Part shown: positions 37,913 through 47,005 of the stretch, piece after piece
How the letters are laid out: every line of letters begins with the position of its first letter
How positions within the stretch are numbered: the first letter of the stretch is position 1
Origin: Novipirellula aureliae
GTDB lineage: Bacteria; Planctomycetota; Planctomycetia; Pirellulales; Pirellulaceae
NCBI RefSeq assembly: GCF_007860185.1
Contig: NZ_SJPY01000002.1
Coordinates: 252,374 to 316,373 of the forward strand
Direction: 5' to 3'
DNA: 64,000 nucleotides
Made by a program: the position numbers and the translations under genes
Notes under the pieces: model-generated
Database searches by the model: none
The model's input: only the letters and a program-made list of their open reading frames with translations
Told to the model about the DNA's origin: nothing

Positions 37913-40147
37913 CTAAAAATACATCTTCAAGTTTGCTCGAATCATTTCGATGGCATCGTAAAACACCACGTTAACCAGTGGCAGATCCTCACATTGGAAC
38001 ATGACCCGAATTGGAGTCCCGTTCACGGAACCACGGTTTTGAAGCGAGCGGCATAGCTCCATCGACTTCTCGGATGATTCGATTTGCAGCACGACTGCTT
38101 TTGCATCGGTTCCGTCCTTGGTGTTGCGGATCACCGGACCGATCGATTGCATCGTCAATGGCAACGGTTGGTCTTTTGCATCGTTCATCGTTGCGACTGC
38201 GGACAGGACGCCTTTTTGGTTTGCATGATGGACGGGATCGATTCGGGACAGTGGCACACGCGCGTCAACGAACCATCGAGTCTCATTGCCAATAACTTCC
38301 AATAAAGCATCTCCGCGATTGACGGGTCGACCTTGTAAACGCTGCTCGATTTGCCACGCATCCACGACACCATCGTTTGTCGCTCGTATGACCAGCGATT
38401 GTTTCACTTCTTCGAGATCGGCTAATTGTTGATCAATGGTTTGCAGCTCTTCCGCCAACAAACTTCGCTCACTTTGCAATTGTTCGCTACGGTCGGTTCG
38501 GTTGGAAGCCGTATCGACGAGAGCGGTCATGAAAGCTGATTGCTTCTGAATCAGAATCGATCGCCGGCCGATCAACGCGGTCATTTGTTGCTCAAGCGTA
38601 GGATCGCTCATCGACAACAGTTTCTGACCGCTTGTAACCGATTCCCCATTTGCGACATGGATCGATTCGATGACGGCCGACCTTGGCGCAAAAACTCGTT
38701 GCACGTCTGCTGGCCGAAGTACCGCCGGTGCAGTCACTCGCATCGGAACGGGGTAGAGTGCTGCAACCGCCACAAGAGCCATGAAGAGGATGCCAACGAC
38801 GGGGTTGAACCACTTCGCACGACGTCGCGAATGGATTTGGTTCGCCAATGCCCCGATCACGCGCCCCATGGGAATCGCTTCGAGCATTCGACGATGCCGA
38901 ATCGCTAACCCCGTGTGCAATGCGATGCGGCAGAGCGGTTCGCTTAGCAAATCGTCGAGCGGTTCCGAACCGCTGCGGACGAATCCTACCAAGCAAACGG
39001 CATCGCATTCTTCTGAACTGGCAACGAAACGAACTTCTAAATCGGAAGATCCTCCCTCTTGTTCGTCCGGAAGCATAATACACGAGGTTGCGGGACAATA
39101 GTACTCGTTGGCGACCGCTTCGATCTGTTTCGCTGCACTGCCGTTCCGGTCGATCGTACCAACATGACTCACCGCAACCAATTTGCAATCGTTTGCTTCG
39201 ACGTAGCACAATGCAACCCGGTCAAGGGGAAAAATCTTGGCGACCGAGTCGACCGCGAGCATTTCGATAGAACGGCTGTTGGTTTGGGCATGAAGCGAAG
39301 CAATGATCGCATCGACTTGGTCGTTTACACGTGCTTTGTGATCGAGACAGCGAAGTTGATCGTTGCGCAAAAACTCGCCAGCTAAATCTGCCATTTGAGC
39401 GACGAAACGCAGGTAGCCACGCTGGGTCGCGATCCCGCAATCGGGTTCAAGAAAGACTTCGAGGACATACGAAGGATGCGGCGAGATCGGATTGGACTCG
39501 ATCGGTACGACCGCCGCAGCCACATGGGTTGGATTGGCTGGAAGAGCGGAATCGGTAGCCCCGGGAGTTGCCGGAACAACGACCGGCTGTCCCGAGGCAA
39601 TCACTTCCGCAATCATTTGCAGGTGAGTGTTTGCCGATTCAGACGGAATCGTTTGGTCTGTCACCTTGCCAATCCGATGAGCAACCGAAAACGTCCATTC
39701 ATCAGTAGATCCGTCTCTCCGAGACGGACAGCCCGGCACCGTGGTTTCGTCTCTCCGAGACGGACAGCCCGGCACCGTAGGTTCGTCTCTCCGAGACGGA
39801 CAGCCCGGCACCGTAGGTTCGTCTCTCCGAGACGGACAGCCCGGCACCGTAGGAGCGTCTCTCCGAGACGGACACTCCCTCGTATCAACATTCCAAATCA
39901 CAACGCCTTCTGCTGCCATAGCCACCAGAATACGGTTGGCTAGCATTCCTAGAAATTGGTGACGCGAGGCATGACTGCGAGCCGCCAGTGCCACTTCGCG
40001 AACAATGTCGGCGATTTCACGCCGCGTTTCTTGGACGAGTGGGTTATTTTCGCCCGTCGACCGCTGCGGATGCGGCGCAGCGTTACCACCTGGAGCAGGT
40101 CCAGAAGGAGAAAAGACGAACGGTTGGTCGTGAACATCCGCTTGCAC
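37913..40147 (-). CDS. HlyD family adaptor protein with large N-terminal cytoplasmic GAF-like region and an in-frame 12-aa x5 repeat
   Basis: 744 aa. N-terminal ~450 aa is soluble with GAF-like blocks, then a TM helix (VVGILFMALVAVAALY), then a HlyD-like periplasmic domain (coiled coil LAEELQTIDQQLADLEEVK; beta-strands). Residues ~90-150 are CPSRRD(A/E)PTVPG x5, encoded by the palindromic 36-bp repeat. Confidence 0.5.
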   Translation of the reverse strand: MQADVHDQPFVFSPSGPAPGGNAAPHPQRSTGENNPLVQETRREIADIVREVALAARSHASRHQFLGMLANRILVAMAAEGVVIWNVDTRECPSRRDAPTVPGCPSRRDEPTVPGCPSRRDEPTVPGCPSRRDETTVPGCPSRRDGSTDEWTFSVAHRIGKVTDQTIPSESANTHLQMIAEVIASGQPVVVPATPGATDSALPANPTHVAAAVVPIESNPISPHPSYVLEVFLEPDCGIATQRGYLRFVAQMADLAGEFLRNDQLRCLDHKARVNDQVDAIIASLHAQTNSRSIEMLAVDSVAKIFPLDRVALCYVEANDCKLVAVSHVGTIDRNGSAAKQIEAVANEYYCPATSCIMLPDEQEGGSSDLEVRFVASSEECDAVCLVGFVRSGSEPLDDLLSEPLCRIALHTGLAIRHRRMLEAIPMGRVIGALANQIHSRRRAKWFNPVVGILFMALVAVAALYPVPMRVTAPAVLRPADVQRVFAPRSAVIESIHVANGESVTSGQKLLSMSDPTLEQQMTALIGRRSILIQKQSAFMTALVDTASNRTDRSEQLQSERSLLAEELQTIDQQLADLEEVKQSLVIRATNDGVVDAWQIEQRLQGRPVNRGDALLEVIGNETRWFVDARVPLSRIDPVHHANQKGVLSAVATMNDAKDQPLPLTMQSIGPVIRNTKDGTDAKAVVLQIESSEKSMELCRSLQNRGSVNGTPIRVMFQCEDLPLVNVVFYDAIEMIRANLKMYF
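39712..39885. repeat. 36-bp tandem repeat x5 (CGTCTCTCCGAGACGGACAGCCCGGCACCGTRGKTT) lying in-frame inside the GAF-HlyD CDS
   Basis: Copies start at 39712, 39748, 39784, 39820 and 39856 (last degenerate). The core CGTCTCTCCGAGACG is the same palindrome as in the intergenic arrays at 19237, 59143 and 61593. Confidence 0.9.
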
Positions 40148-40601
40148 GAATTGGTTGGCCTAAGCGAAACAGAAGAGAACAGGAAAACAACTCACGTTTT
40201 CCATAGCAAAACGGTCTGCTCACTCGCAACCCTCAAATACGCGGGAATTTAGGGACTCCCGGACGAACGCGACCACGGGGGCGTCTACAGAGAAATTTGC
40301 TCGAAGACGAGAAGAATGGTGGGTGAAAGCTGAATGTGCAGCCCTTGTTCGCTCATGAACGCGAATCGGCGGTTTGAGACCGGCTTGCCGCACATGCTCT
40401 GGCAATCTTCATTGACTAAGCTGGTAATCTGATGAAGCGTGCCGGTTATGCGGCGTGTTCCATCAAAGCGGGGTGCTAGCAATTCGGGTTTTGCTGATTT
40501 TGCTAGGTAGGAATCTCGGCTACGCCGATCATTTTAAGAGTAGCCGATTGGTAGGCACTTACGCTTTAGACACCTAGAATCTCGAAACGAATTTCGAAAC
40601 C

Positions 40602-41474
40602 GTGGCAAACGCTCGCGAACGACCGACGCTATTTCGCTGGTTCTTTTTGATCGGTCCAGCGCGGACGAGTGAGTTTTTGGGTGAGCAATTCCTAAGCCGA
40701 CTTGGCACGATCGTTTCGATCTTGGCAATGCTTTGGGCAACGGTTCGATTGGCGATTCGCCCCGCTTCCTGGACTCCCCCGATCCGCAGTATTTTTGCCC
40801 GTCAACTCTTGTTTAGCAGCGTTGACGGGGTCATCGTCGCGGTGCGGTTCGGAGCCGCGGTCGGTGTATTGATTATTGTCCAAGCTGCGCTTTGGGTCGA
40901 CGCGTTCGGCGTCACGACGGACGCGATTGCCCCGATTCTATGGCGTGCAATCGTTCGCGAATTGGCACCATTACTAGCGTGTCTGGTTGTGATCGGGCGC
41001 AGCGGGATCGCGATTTCGACCGAACTGGCCACGATGCTCGTCAACCACGAAGTCGACGTCCTCGACGCACAGGGGATCGATCCGATGACAGCGTTAGTGA
41101 TGCCGCGGATTCTCAGTATGGTGATCAGTGTCTTTTGTTTGGCAATCATCACTGCCACATCGATGATTGTGACGGGCTATGTGATTGGTTGGTCTGTGGG
41201 TGCGATCCATATCCCCTGGACCACCTTTCTCGATGGTATCTTTCGTGAATTCAATTCACTCGACTTGCTATTTTTCGTCTCCAAAACGATCATTGCTGGC
41301 GGCTTTGCTGGAGCCATTTGTTGCATCGATGGACTGAGTGTTGGCAGTAGTGTCACCGACGTTCCGCGGGTGTCGAGCCGGAGTGGAATCCGGGCGTTAA
41401 CGGCCGTCTTTGTTGTCTCTGCCGTGTTGTCCATATTGATTTATGGACGCATCCTCGTATTCAAAGTATTGTAA
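40602..41474 (+). CDS. mlaE: MlaE-family ABC transporter permease
   Basis: 290 aa, five TM helices, conserved MlaE/YrbE blocks (LFRWFFLIG ... VIGRSGIAISTELATM ... DAQGIDP). Confidence 0.8.
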   Translation: MANARERPTLFRWFFLIGPARTSEFLGEQFLSRLGTIVSILAMLWATVRLAIRPASWTPPIRSIFARQLLFSSVDGVIVAVRFGAAVGVLIIVQAALWVDAFGVTTDAIAPILWRAIVRELAPLLACLVVIGRSGIAISTELATMLVNHEVDVLDAQGIDPMTALVMPRILSMVISVFCLAIITATSMIVTGYVIGWSVGAIHIPWTTFLDGIFREFNSLDLLFFVSKTIIAGGFAGAICCIDGLSVGSSVTDVPRVSSRSGIRALTAVFVVSAVLSILIYGRILVFKVL

Positions 41475-41487
41475 CGAGCCGCACAGC

Positions 41488-42216
41488 ATGACAACCATCC
41501 AAACAACGATTCCAAACGAAAAGCCGATCGTACTGAGGTTATCGGATGTTTCTTTTCGTGCAAGTCGCGAAAGCGACATTCATTTCAATCGATTGACGAT
41601 GACGGTACGTCAAGGCGACTTGGCAATGATCCATCTTGACCGCTCCCAAAAGGTCCGCGAAACGGTTTCCGTTTTAGAGGGATTGATTCAGCCCCATGAA
41701 GGCACGGTGCTATTCGAGCAAAACGATTGGCTTGGTGACGATTACGACCGCCATTTTAGAATGAGAAGTCGGATTGGCCGCGTCTTTGAGAATAATGCAT
41801 GGATCCAAAATCTGAACATTGCCGAAAACGTCACACTGGCGCGGCGTCATCACCAAATGGAGCCGAAATCGATTGATACCGATCTGACCGTTTGGCGAAC
41901 ACGGTTCGACGTGGCAAACGTTCTGAATCAGCGTCCCGCCTTTGTTGAGCCATCGACACTACAAGTCTACCAGTGGATTCGTTCTCTGATATCAAAGCCT
42001 CGACTACTCTTGCTCGAACGCCCAATGCAATCGGTTTCACCATCCCGATTGACGGCACTTGTTAACGTATTGAATGAGGTTCGAATGGCGGGAACTGCCG
42101 TGGTCTGGTTCACGAGTAATCCGGAGGACGCAAGCGGCAAATTCGCTGATCCGCAGAGTCACTACACGCTAGCGGATGGAAAACTTGTGCAAACCGAAGG
42201 AGCATCGAGTCCATGA
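41488..42216 (+). CDS. ABC-ATPase-fold protein with degenerate catalytic motifs (MlaF-like pseudo-ATPase)
   Basis: Position, length and overall pattern match an MlaF-type nucleotide-binding subunit, but every catalytic motif is changed. Walker A is HLDRSQKV instead of GxSGxGKS/T. The Q-loop Gln is Glu (VFENNAW). The signature is PSTLQVYQ instead of LSGGQ. Walker B is LLLLERP instead of hhhhDEP. There is no H-loop His. ATG at 41488 chosen. Confidence 0.55.
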   Translation: MTTIQTTIPNEKPIVLRLSDVSFRASRESDIHFNRLTMTVRQGDLAMIHLDRSQKVRETVSVLEGLIQPHEGTVLFEQNDWLGDDYDRHFRMRSRIGRVFENNAWIQNLNIAENVTLARRHHQMEPKSIDTDLTVWRTRFDVANVLNQRPAFVEPSTLQVYQWIRSLISKPRLLLLERPMQSVSPSRLTALVNVLNEVRMAGTAVVWFTSNPEDASGKFADPQSHYTLADGKLVQTEGASSP

Positions 42217-43322
42217 ATGAACCTTTGCGTTTGCGATACACCAACCAAATCGTTGGCGTATTCTTGCTGATCTTGCTGCTATTCGTGATCGGTCTGTCCG
42301 TGCTACTGTTGCAGGCGACCGACTATTTCGTAGAGCAGGATTTGTACTGGATTGAAATCGCGCAAGAGGACGTCGACGATCTCTATAAGGGAGCGGATGT
42401 GATGATTCTCGGCGAACGAGCTGGTGCGGTCGACAGTATTCGCTACATCGACGGCAGCGACCGAATTCGGGTAAACCTAAGAATCGATCCGACGAAAAGC
42501 GCTGATATCTTTACCGATTCGGTCGTCTTGCTACAGCGGAGGTTTGGACTGGGAAACCCGATACTTGTCATCCGCCGCGCTCATCGCGATGGGGCTAGCG
42601 AAGCACAATCGCTACCTGCGGGAAGCCGACTAGAAAACTTTCATGGTGAGGACGACCGAATCGACCAAATGGCTCGCGAGGTCGCGACGGTCAGCGATTC
42701 GGTTAGAAAAATCCAACAAAAACTCGACCCCACATTGACAGGGATTGAACAGTCAGCGAAGCGTTTCACAAGCTCGCTTGACGATTCCGTGGATCCCGCT
42801 CTAGCCAGTACTCGTCGTGCATCCGATTCCGTTCGAGTAACGAGCGAAGCGGTTCGCCCAGAGGTGGTCGACACGATGCAAACGGTCCGCACGGCCACCG
42901 AAAATCTAGAATCACGCATCGAAACTCTAACGGGAAAAATTGAACAACTGGTCGAAAAGGATGTACGCCGAACGCTCGCCGATGTTCGTGAATCAACCGA
43001 CGACATTAGCGAGGCCGCTAAAGGTGTCAACCAGAGCACTGAAACCGTTAGCGAAGATATCGCCGAGACGCTCGCCGCACTGCGAGTTGCCGCCGAACAG
43101 GTGCAACAGCTTGCTACCGAGACACGCGAAGTGGTACGAATGGTTCGAAAGGAAGCGAACGATCTACCGGGTACAACACAGCGAGTTAACGATACCGTCA
43201 GCGACACACAAGAATTGGTCGGCGAAGTTCGTAGCCACTGGCTGCTACGTCGATACCGAGATCAATCGACTGCGTCAGAGCAATTGTCACCATCGAGTGT
43301 GCGCGGAGGTTCCGCCAGATGA
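42213..43322 (+). CDS. MCE/MlaD-family periplasmic substrate-binding protein with long helical C-terminal extension
   Basis: N-terminal TM anchor (IVGVFLLILLLFVIGLSVLLL), MCE beta-barrel region (GADVMILGERAGAVDSIRYIDGSDRIRVNLRID), then ~200 aa of helical heptad-like sequence. Overlaps the upstream gene by 4 bp. Confidence 0.7.
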   Translation: MNEPLRLRYTNQIVGVFLLILLLFVIGLSVLLLQATDYFVEQDLYWIEIAQEDVDDLYKGADVMILGERAGAVDSIRYIDGSDRIRVNLRIDPTKSADIFTDSVVLLQRRFGLGNPILVIRRAHRDGASEAQSLPAGSRLENFHGEDDRIDQMAREVATVSDSVRKIQQKLDPTLTGIEQSAKRFTSSLDDSVDPALASTRRASDSVRVTSEAVRPEVVDTMQTVRTATENLESRIETLTGKIEQLVEKDVRRTLADVRESTDDISEAAKGVNQSTETVSEDIAETLAALRVAAEQVQQLATETREVVRMVRKEANDLPGTTQRVNDTVSDTQELVGEVRSHWLLRRYRDQSTASEQLSPSSVRGGSAR

Positions 43323-44395
43323 ATGCAGCTACAAGGGTCCATGCCGTTGCCGTCTCGGTTGTATTGGCCATCTTGCTTGTGCAGTCGGGATGCCGCACCC
43401 CCTCGCTCTCACCGATCAAGGAGGTTGACAGCACACTCGTGCGACATTCAAAGTCAGCCAAGGAAGCCTATGCGGAAGGCGATATCGACGCTGCAATTCG
43501 CGAATACCGAAAAGCAATCCGGCGAGCCTGGGCGATCGACAATCCCTATGAATCGGGCACCGCTGCATACAATTTGGCCGCTTGCATGACCAGCCTCGAC
43601 AAGAATGCAGAAGCAAAGGACTGGTTGGTCGATGCCAGGATTGAGTTGTGTCGTGCAGGAAGTTCGACAGGCAACACGTGGCTGCTCGAAGCTAAAATCG
43701 CCTTGCAAGAATGCCGCTTTGATGAGGCTCAGCAAATGCTGGATCGCGCTGCGTGTTGCACCCCGCCCTGTAGCCAAAATGGACACGATTCCTGTTGCCG
43801 TCCACACGATCCTTGTCAAGGATCTTGCGTGACACAAATTCCTTGCGTGGGGAAAAAGCTCAAACAAAAGAAACAAACCGAACAGTGTGAGGATGATTAC
43901 CAGGCTCAAATCCATTTGGCACGCGCACGATTGGCTGCCGAGAAGTACGACATTCTCTGCGCCGAACAATCGTTCGAAAGTGCTTGCAAATTGGCGGCCG
44001 ACGTTTGTAGTGAAGAACTACAAGCCGAACTGCAAAACGTCGCGGCGATGATCCATTTAGCGAAAGGCGAATATTTCCAAGCCGCATGCCATTTCGACAA
44101 AGAAGCCGAACATCTACGTTTGGCAGGCAATTTCCGAGAAGTACCGATCGCACTTGAATTTGCATCGGCGGCCTACGAACAGTCGGGGCGAATGGATTTG
44201 GCCACCACTCGGATGTGCCGGGTTGCCAGAATCTGGTTCGGTCGCGGAGAGACGAAGAAGTCATGGGACTACGTCCAAACCGCTTCCGAGTTGGCCGAGT
44301 TCTGCGAGTCGCAAACCGCCCGCATCCGACTGGCACTTTTAGTCAACGAAATTGAACGAGCACTCGCTGATGGAGAGGTGGTGGCTACTCGCTAA
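43319..44395 (+). CDS. lipoprotein with TPR-like helical repeats (Mla-operon accessory protein)
   Basis: Lipobox LLVQSGC after the signal peptide. Alanine-rich helical repeat pairs (AYAEGDIDAAIREYRKAIRRA, FEAQQMLDRAA ...). 4-bp overlap with the MCE gene. Confidence 0.5.
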   Translation: MNAATRVHAVAVSVVLAILLVQSGCRTPSLSPIKEVDSTLVRHSKSAKEAYAEGDIDAAIREYRKAIRRAWAIDNPYESGTAAYNLAACMTSLDKNAEAKDWLVDARIELCRAGSSTGNTWLLEAKIALQECRFDEAQQMLDRAACCTPPCSQNGHDSCCRPHDPCQGSCVTQIPCVGKKLKQKKQTEQCEDDYQAQIHLARARLAAEKYDILCAEQSFESACKLAADVCSEELQAELQNVAAMIHLAKGEYFQAACHFDKEAEHLRLAGNFREVPIALEFASAAYEQSGRMDLATTRMCRVARIWFGRGETKKSWDYVQTASELAEFCESQTARIRLALLVNEIERALADGEVVATR

Positions 44396-44431
44396 TGCTT
44401 CGGCACAATTGGATGTTCGACTTGGCAATAG

Positions 44432-44490
44432 AGTGGCTGGGGCCTCTTGCCCCAGCAAGCTGCGTTTGGAAGCCACAGCGACGAAAGAAA
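44432..44490. repeat. solo copy of the GTGGCTGGGGC...GCCCCAG...GGAAGCCACAGCGACGAAAGA hairpin element
   Basis: gagtggctggggcctcttgccccagcaagctgcgtttggaagccacagcgacgaaagaaac, 37 bp after the lipoprotein stop. Same family as the 1349-1552 array. Confidence 0.7.
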
Positions 44491-44726
44491 CTTACCCTCA
44501 TTCCTCGTTGTGACAACGCACTAGAATCCGATTGTTTGGAACAATCGTTAAAGTCCTGTTTCGAGTCGTGAGCGGACTCGTAGGAGACGATAGATCGTTA
44601 GGAAGAGACGTTGGGGAGCCGAACTCTCTGCGCGTCGTGCTGCGCTGTCGCGACGATCCGTGATTTGATCACTTTCATTGACGCGAAAACCGTGTCCGAA
44701 TTCCTCGGTTTTGAAGGCCATACGGC

Positions 44727-45950
44727 ATGAACTTTCCTCTACTATCCGTCTTTGCGGTTGTGACGGTAGTGTGCCTGTTCGGTTTCCCGAAAGCAGGTGT
44801 GTATTTGGGTGACATCCCGATCACGTTCGGCTACCTTCTGCTCGGCGTGACGGGTGGAATCCAACTGATTCGTTTGGCGGCGAACTCAAAGCGGCGAATA
44901 CGCCCCGAGTACGCTGCGTTGGGTCTGCTATTTTTCCTGCTCTCTACCGTCGAGTTGGCTGGTTTTTCCCAGTACGGCTACGCATCCAAAGGCGCATTGA
45001 TTTCGATCGTTGTCAGTACCATTATCGTGCCGGTTTTGTCATTGCTAAGCATCCACTACTTCATCGACATTCTCGGCACACCACGATTCTTGAAGCTGCT
45101 ACGAATTTCATTGCTGATCGTCTTCGGCTTTGGGGTACTGTCATTCGTTGTTTACAATACAACTCACATCGTCATCGGCATACCGTTTCTAACGACGACG
45201 GGCGCAGACATCCATTTGGTAGCCGAGCGTCACAATCTTCGCGGCAGCATGATTAAGATGTTTTCCACGTACAACAATGGAAACATTCTAGGAGTCAACT
45301 TACTGATTTGGGGGCCGATCGCAGCGATTGGCGCAGCGGGAGCCCGATTTCAGTTTCGTTCCATTTGCATACTCACTCTTTCGAGAAGCGTTTGGATAGG
45401 CTTTGCCGCCTATGAATTTGTTAACGCGGTCGTCCAGAGAAAGATTGCCAGGATTTTCTACGCGGGCGCCTTTGTCCTTGTACTGTTCGCCATTTTTGTC
45501 GGGGCTTCTTACGTAATGGGCCGCGAGCCGTTCGCATTTCTCCTCGACTCAAACCTCGGAGGCCGCGTCTCGAACTTTCGAGATGAGCTGCATGGAATGG
45601 GCACGCAAAAGCTGGCCTGGACAAGTGAAAGTCTATACCTAGCCGCCTACTTAACATTCGGCTGGATGGGCGTCGCGCTCATCACCCTGATCTGGCTGCT
45701 CCCAATCGTCTTTGGCGGTCGCAGCCCGATCGAAATCCAAAGTCGGATCGTTCTGGCAATCTATTTGTTTATTGCCAGTTCTGAAGCTGCTTTTAACCTG
45801 ATTCCCACGCAGGCGGTTTATTGGATGGTTGCTGGATTGGCGCTTGGTGCGGCTGGGACAAAGCCGGATGAAATTGACGACGAATGGACTAATCTGCCAA
45901 ACATTCCGCATAGAGACCCAAGTGCTGATCGACCACACGTTTTCGAGTAA
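44727..45950 (+). CDS. polytopic membrane protein, O-antigen ligase / Wzy-like polymerase candidate
   Basis: 407 aa, ~10-11 TM helices, one larger loop. Sits within a cluster of GT4 transferases, a flippase and methyltransferases. No strong motif, so the call is by topology and context. Confidence 0.4.
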   Translation: MNFPLLSVFAVVTVVCLFGFPKAGVYLGDIPITFGYLLLGVTGGIQLIRLAANSKRRIRPEYAALGLLFFLLSTVELAGFSQYGYASKGALISIVVSTIIVPVLSLLSIHYFIDILGTPRFLKLLRISLLIVFGFGVLSFVVYNTTHIVIGIPFLTTTGADIHLVAERHNLRGSMIKMFSTYNNGNILGVNLLIWGPIAAIGAAGARFQFRSICILTLSRSVWIGFAAYEFVNAVVQRKIARIFYAGAFVLVLFAIFVGASYVMGREPFAFLLDSNLGGRVSNFRDELHGMGTQKLAWTSESLYLAAYLTFGWMGVALITLIWLLPIVFGGRSPIEIQSRIVLAIYLFIASSEAAFNLIPTQAVYWMVAGLALGAAGTKPDEIDDEWTNLPNIPHRDPSADRPHVFE

Positions 45951-46995
45951 ACTCGGACGCAACTCGCTCTTTGCCGCTTTCGATCATTTGCTGAGTCTTA
46001 CTTGGCTCCGCAACAACCGCCCTTAGTGCCGCTACAAAAGCAGCTCGATTCTCGCTTGGTGCAACACGCCCATCCACTTGATCACGGACCACTTCGGTGC
46101 ATCCGTTCACGTCACTGATGACAACGGCCAATCCCATCGCCATCGCTTCGACCGGTGCGATCGGTAGCCCTTCCCACAAGCTCGCCATCAAAAAGGTGCC
46201 ACACTCAGACATTCGAAAAAGTCCATCGCGACGTGATTGGTCACCATGAAAGATCACGTTGTGAATCTGCTGCGTTTGCGCTCTTGATCGAATTTCGGCC
46301 TCCATGTCGCCACCGCCTATGAAGTGAAACACAAAACCTTCGTTGGCCAAATCGGCGGCGATATCGAGAACGAGATGCGGGTTTTTCTGAATGGTCAGTC
46401 GCCCGAGAACAGCAACATTTAACCGGCGAGCTTCGTCATCGGCGCTTGATCGATTTGGAGATGGGATGTCCGCCAAACGAATGCCGTTGCGAATAACGAC
46501 GCTGTCGTGATTGTCGACAACAAAGCGGCGGTCAATTGCAACCTGTTGATCACTTTGGCTGACATGAACCGTTCGGAAAATGGATTGGCTAATTTTCCGT
46601 TCGACTCGTTCAGCCAAAAAACGCATCAAAAACGTCTTTCGCCAAAAATGGTAACCCCGTACGGTATAAAGCATCTTTTGCAACTGTGGTGGCGTAGCCC
46701 CGCGAACCATCGCAAACGCAGCCCGCCCGCCATGCGCATGCACGATGTCTGCAGATGCCTCTTTAACGGCTGCACGTAGCTCATTTACGATCCGCGTATC
46801 AATTCGACTGCGGAAAAAGTGAAGTCCATCATATACTTCGGCACCAAGTTTCCGAGCTTCCTCGGTCGCATACGAATGCCCTTCACTGCAAAAGACAACC
46901 TCGACACCTTGATCGATTAAGTCTTCCGTCAAAGCCAATACATTGGTGGTTCCGCCGCCTGGGCTTCCGTCGGCAACAATTTGCATTACTCTCAT
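45889..46995 (-). CDS. glycosyltransferase family 4
   Basis: MRVMQIVADGSPGGGTTNV N-terminal GT-B domain and C-terminal EGLPIAPVEAMAMGLAVVISDVNG motif. ATG at 46993-46995 chosen, because the longer track ORF would overlap the upstream GT gene by 140 bp. Confidence 0.7.
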   Translation of the reverse strand: MRVMQIVADGSPGGGTTNVLALTEDLIDQGVEVVFCSEGHSYATEEARKLGAEVYDGLHFFRSRIDTRIVNELRAAVKEASADIVHAHGGRAAFAMVRGATPPQLQKMLYTVRGYHFWRKTFLMRFLAERVERKISQSIFRTVHVSQSDQQVAIDRRFVVDNHDSVVIRNGIRLADIPSPNRSSADDEARRLNVAVLGRLTIQKNPHLVLDIAADLANEGFVFHFIGGGDMEAEIRSRAQTQQIHNVIFHGDQSRRDGLFRMSECGTFLMASLWEGLPIAPVEAMAMGLAVVISDVNGCTEVVRDQVDGRVAPSENRAAFVAALRAVVAEPSKTQQMIESGKERVASEFTRKRVVDQHLGLYAECLAD

Positions 46996-47005
46996 GATCG
47001 TGGCT

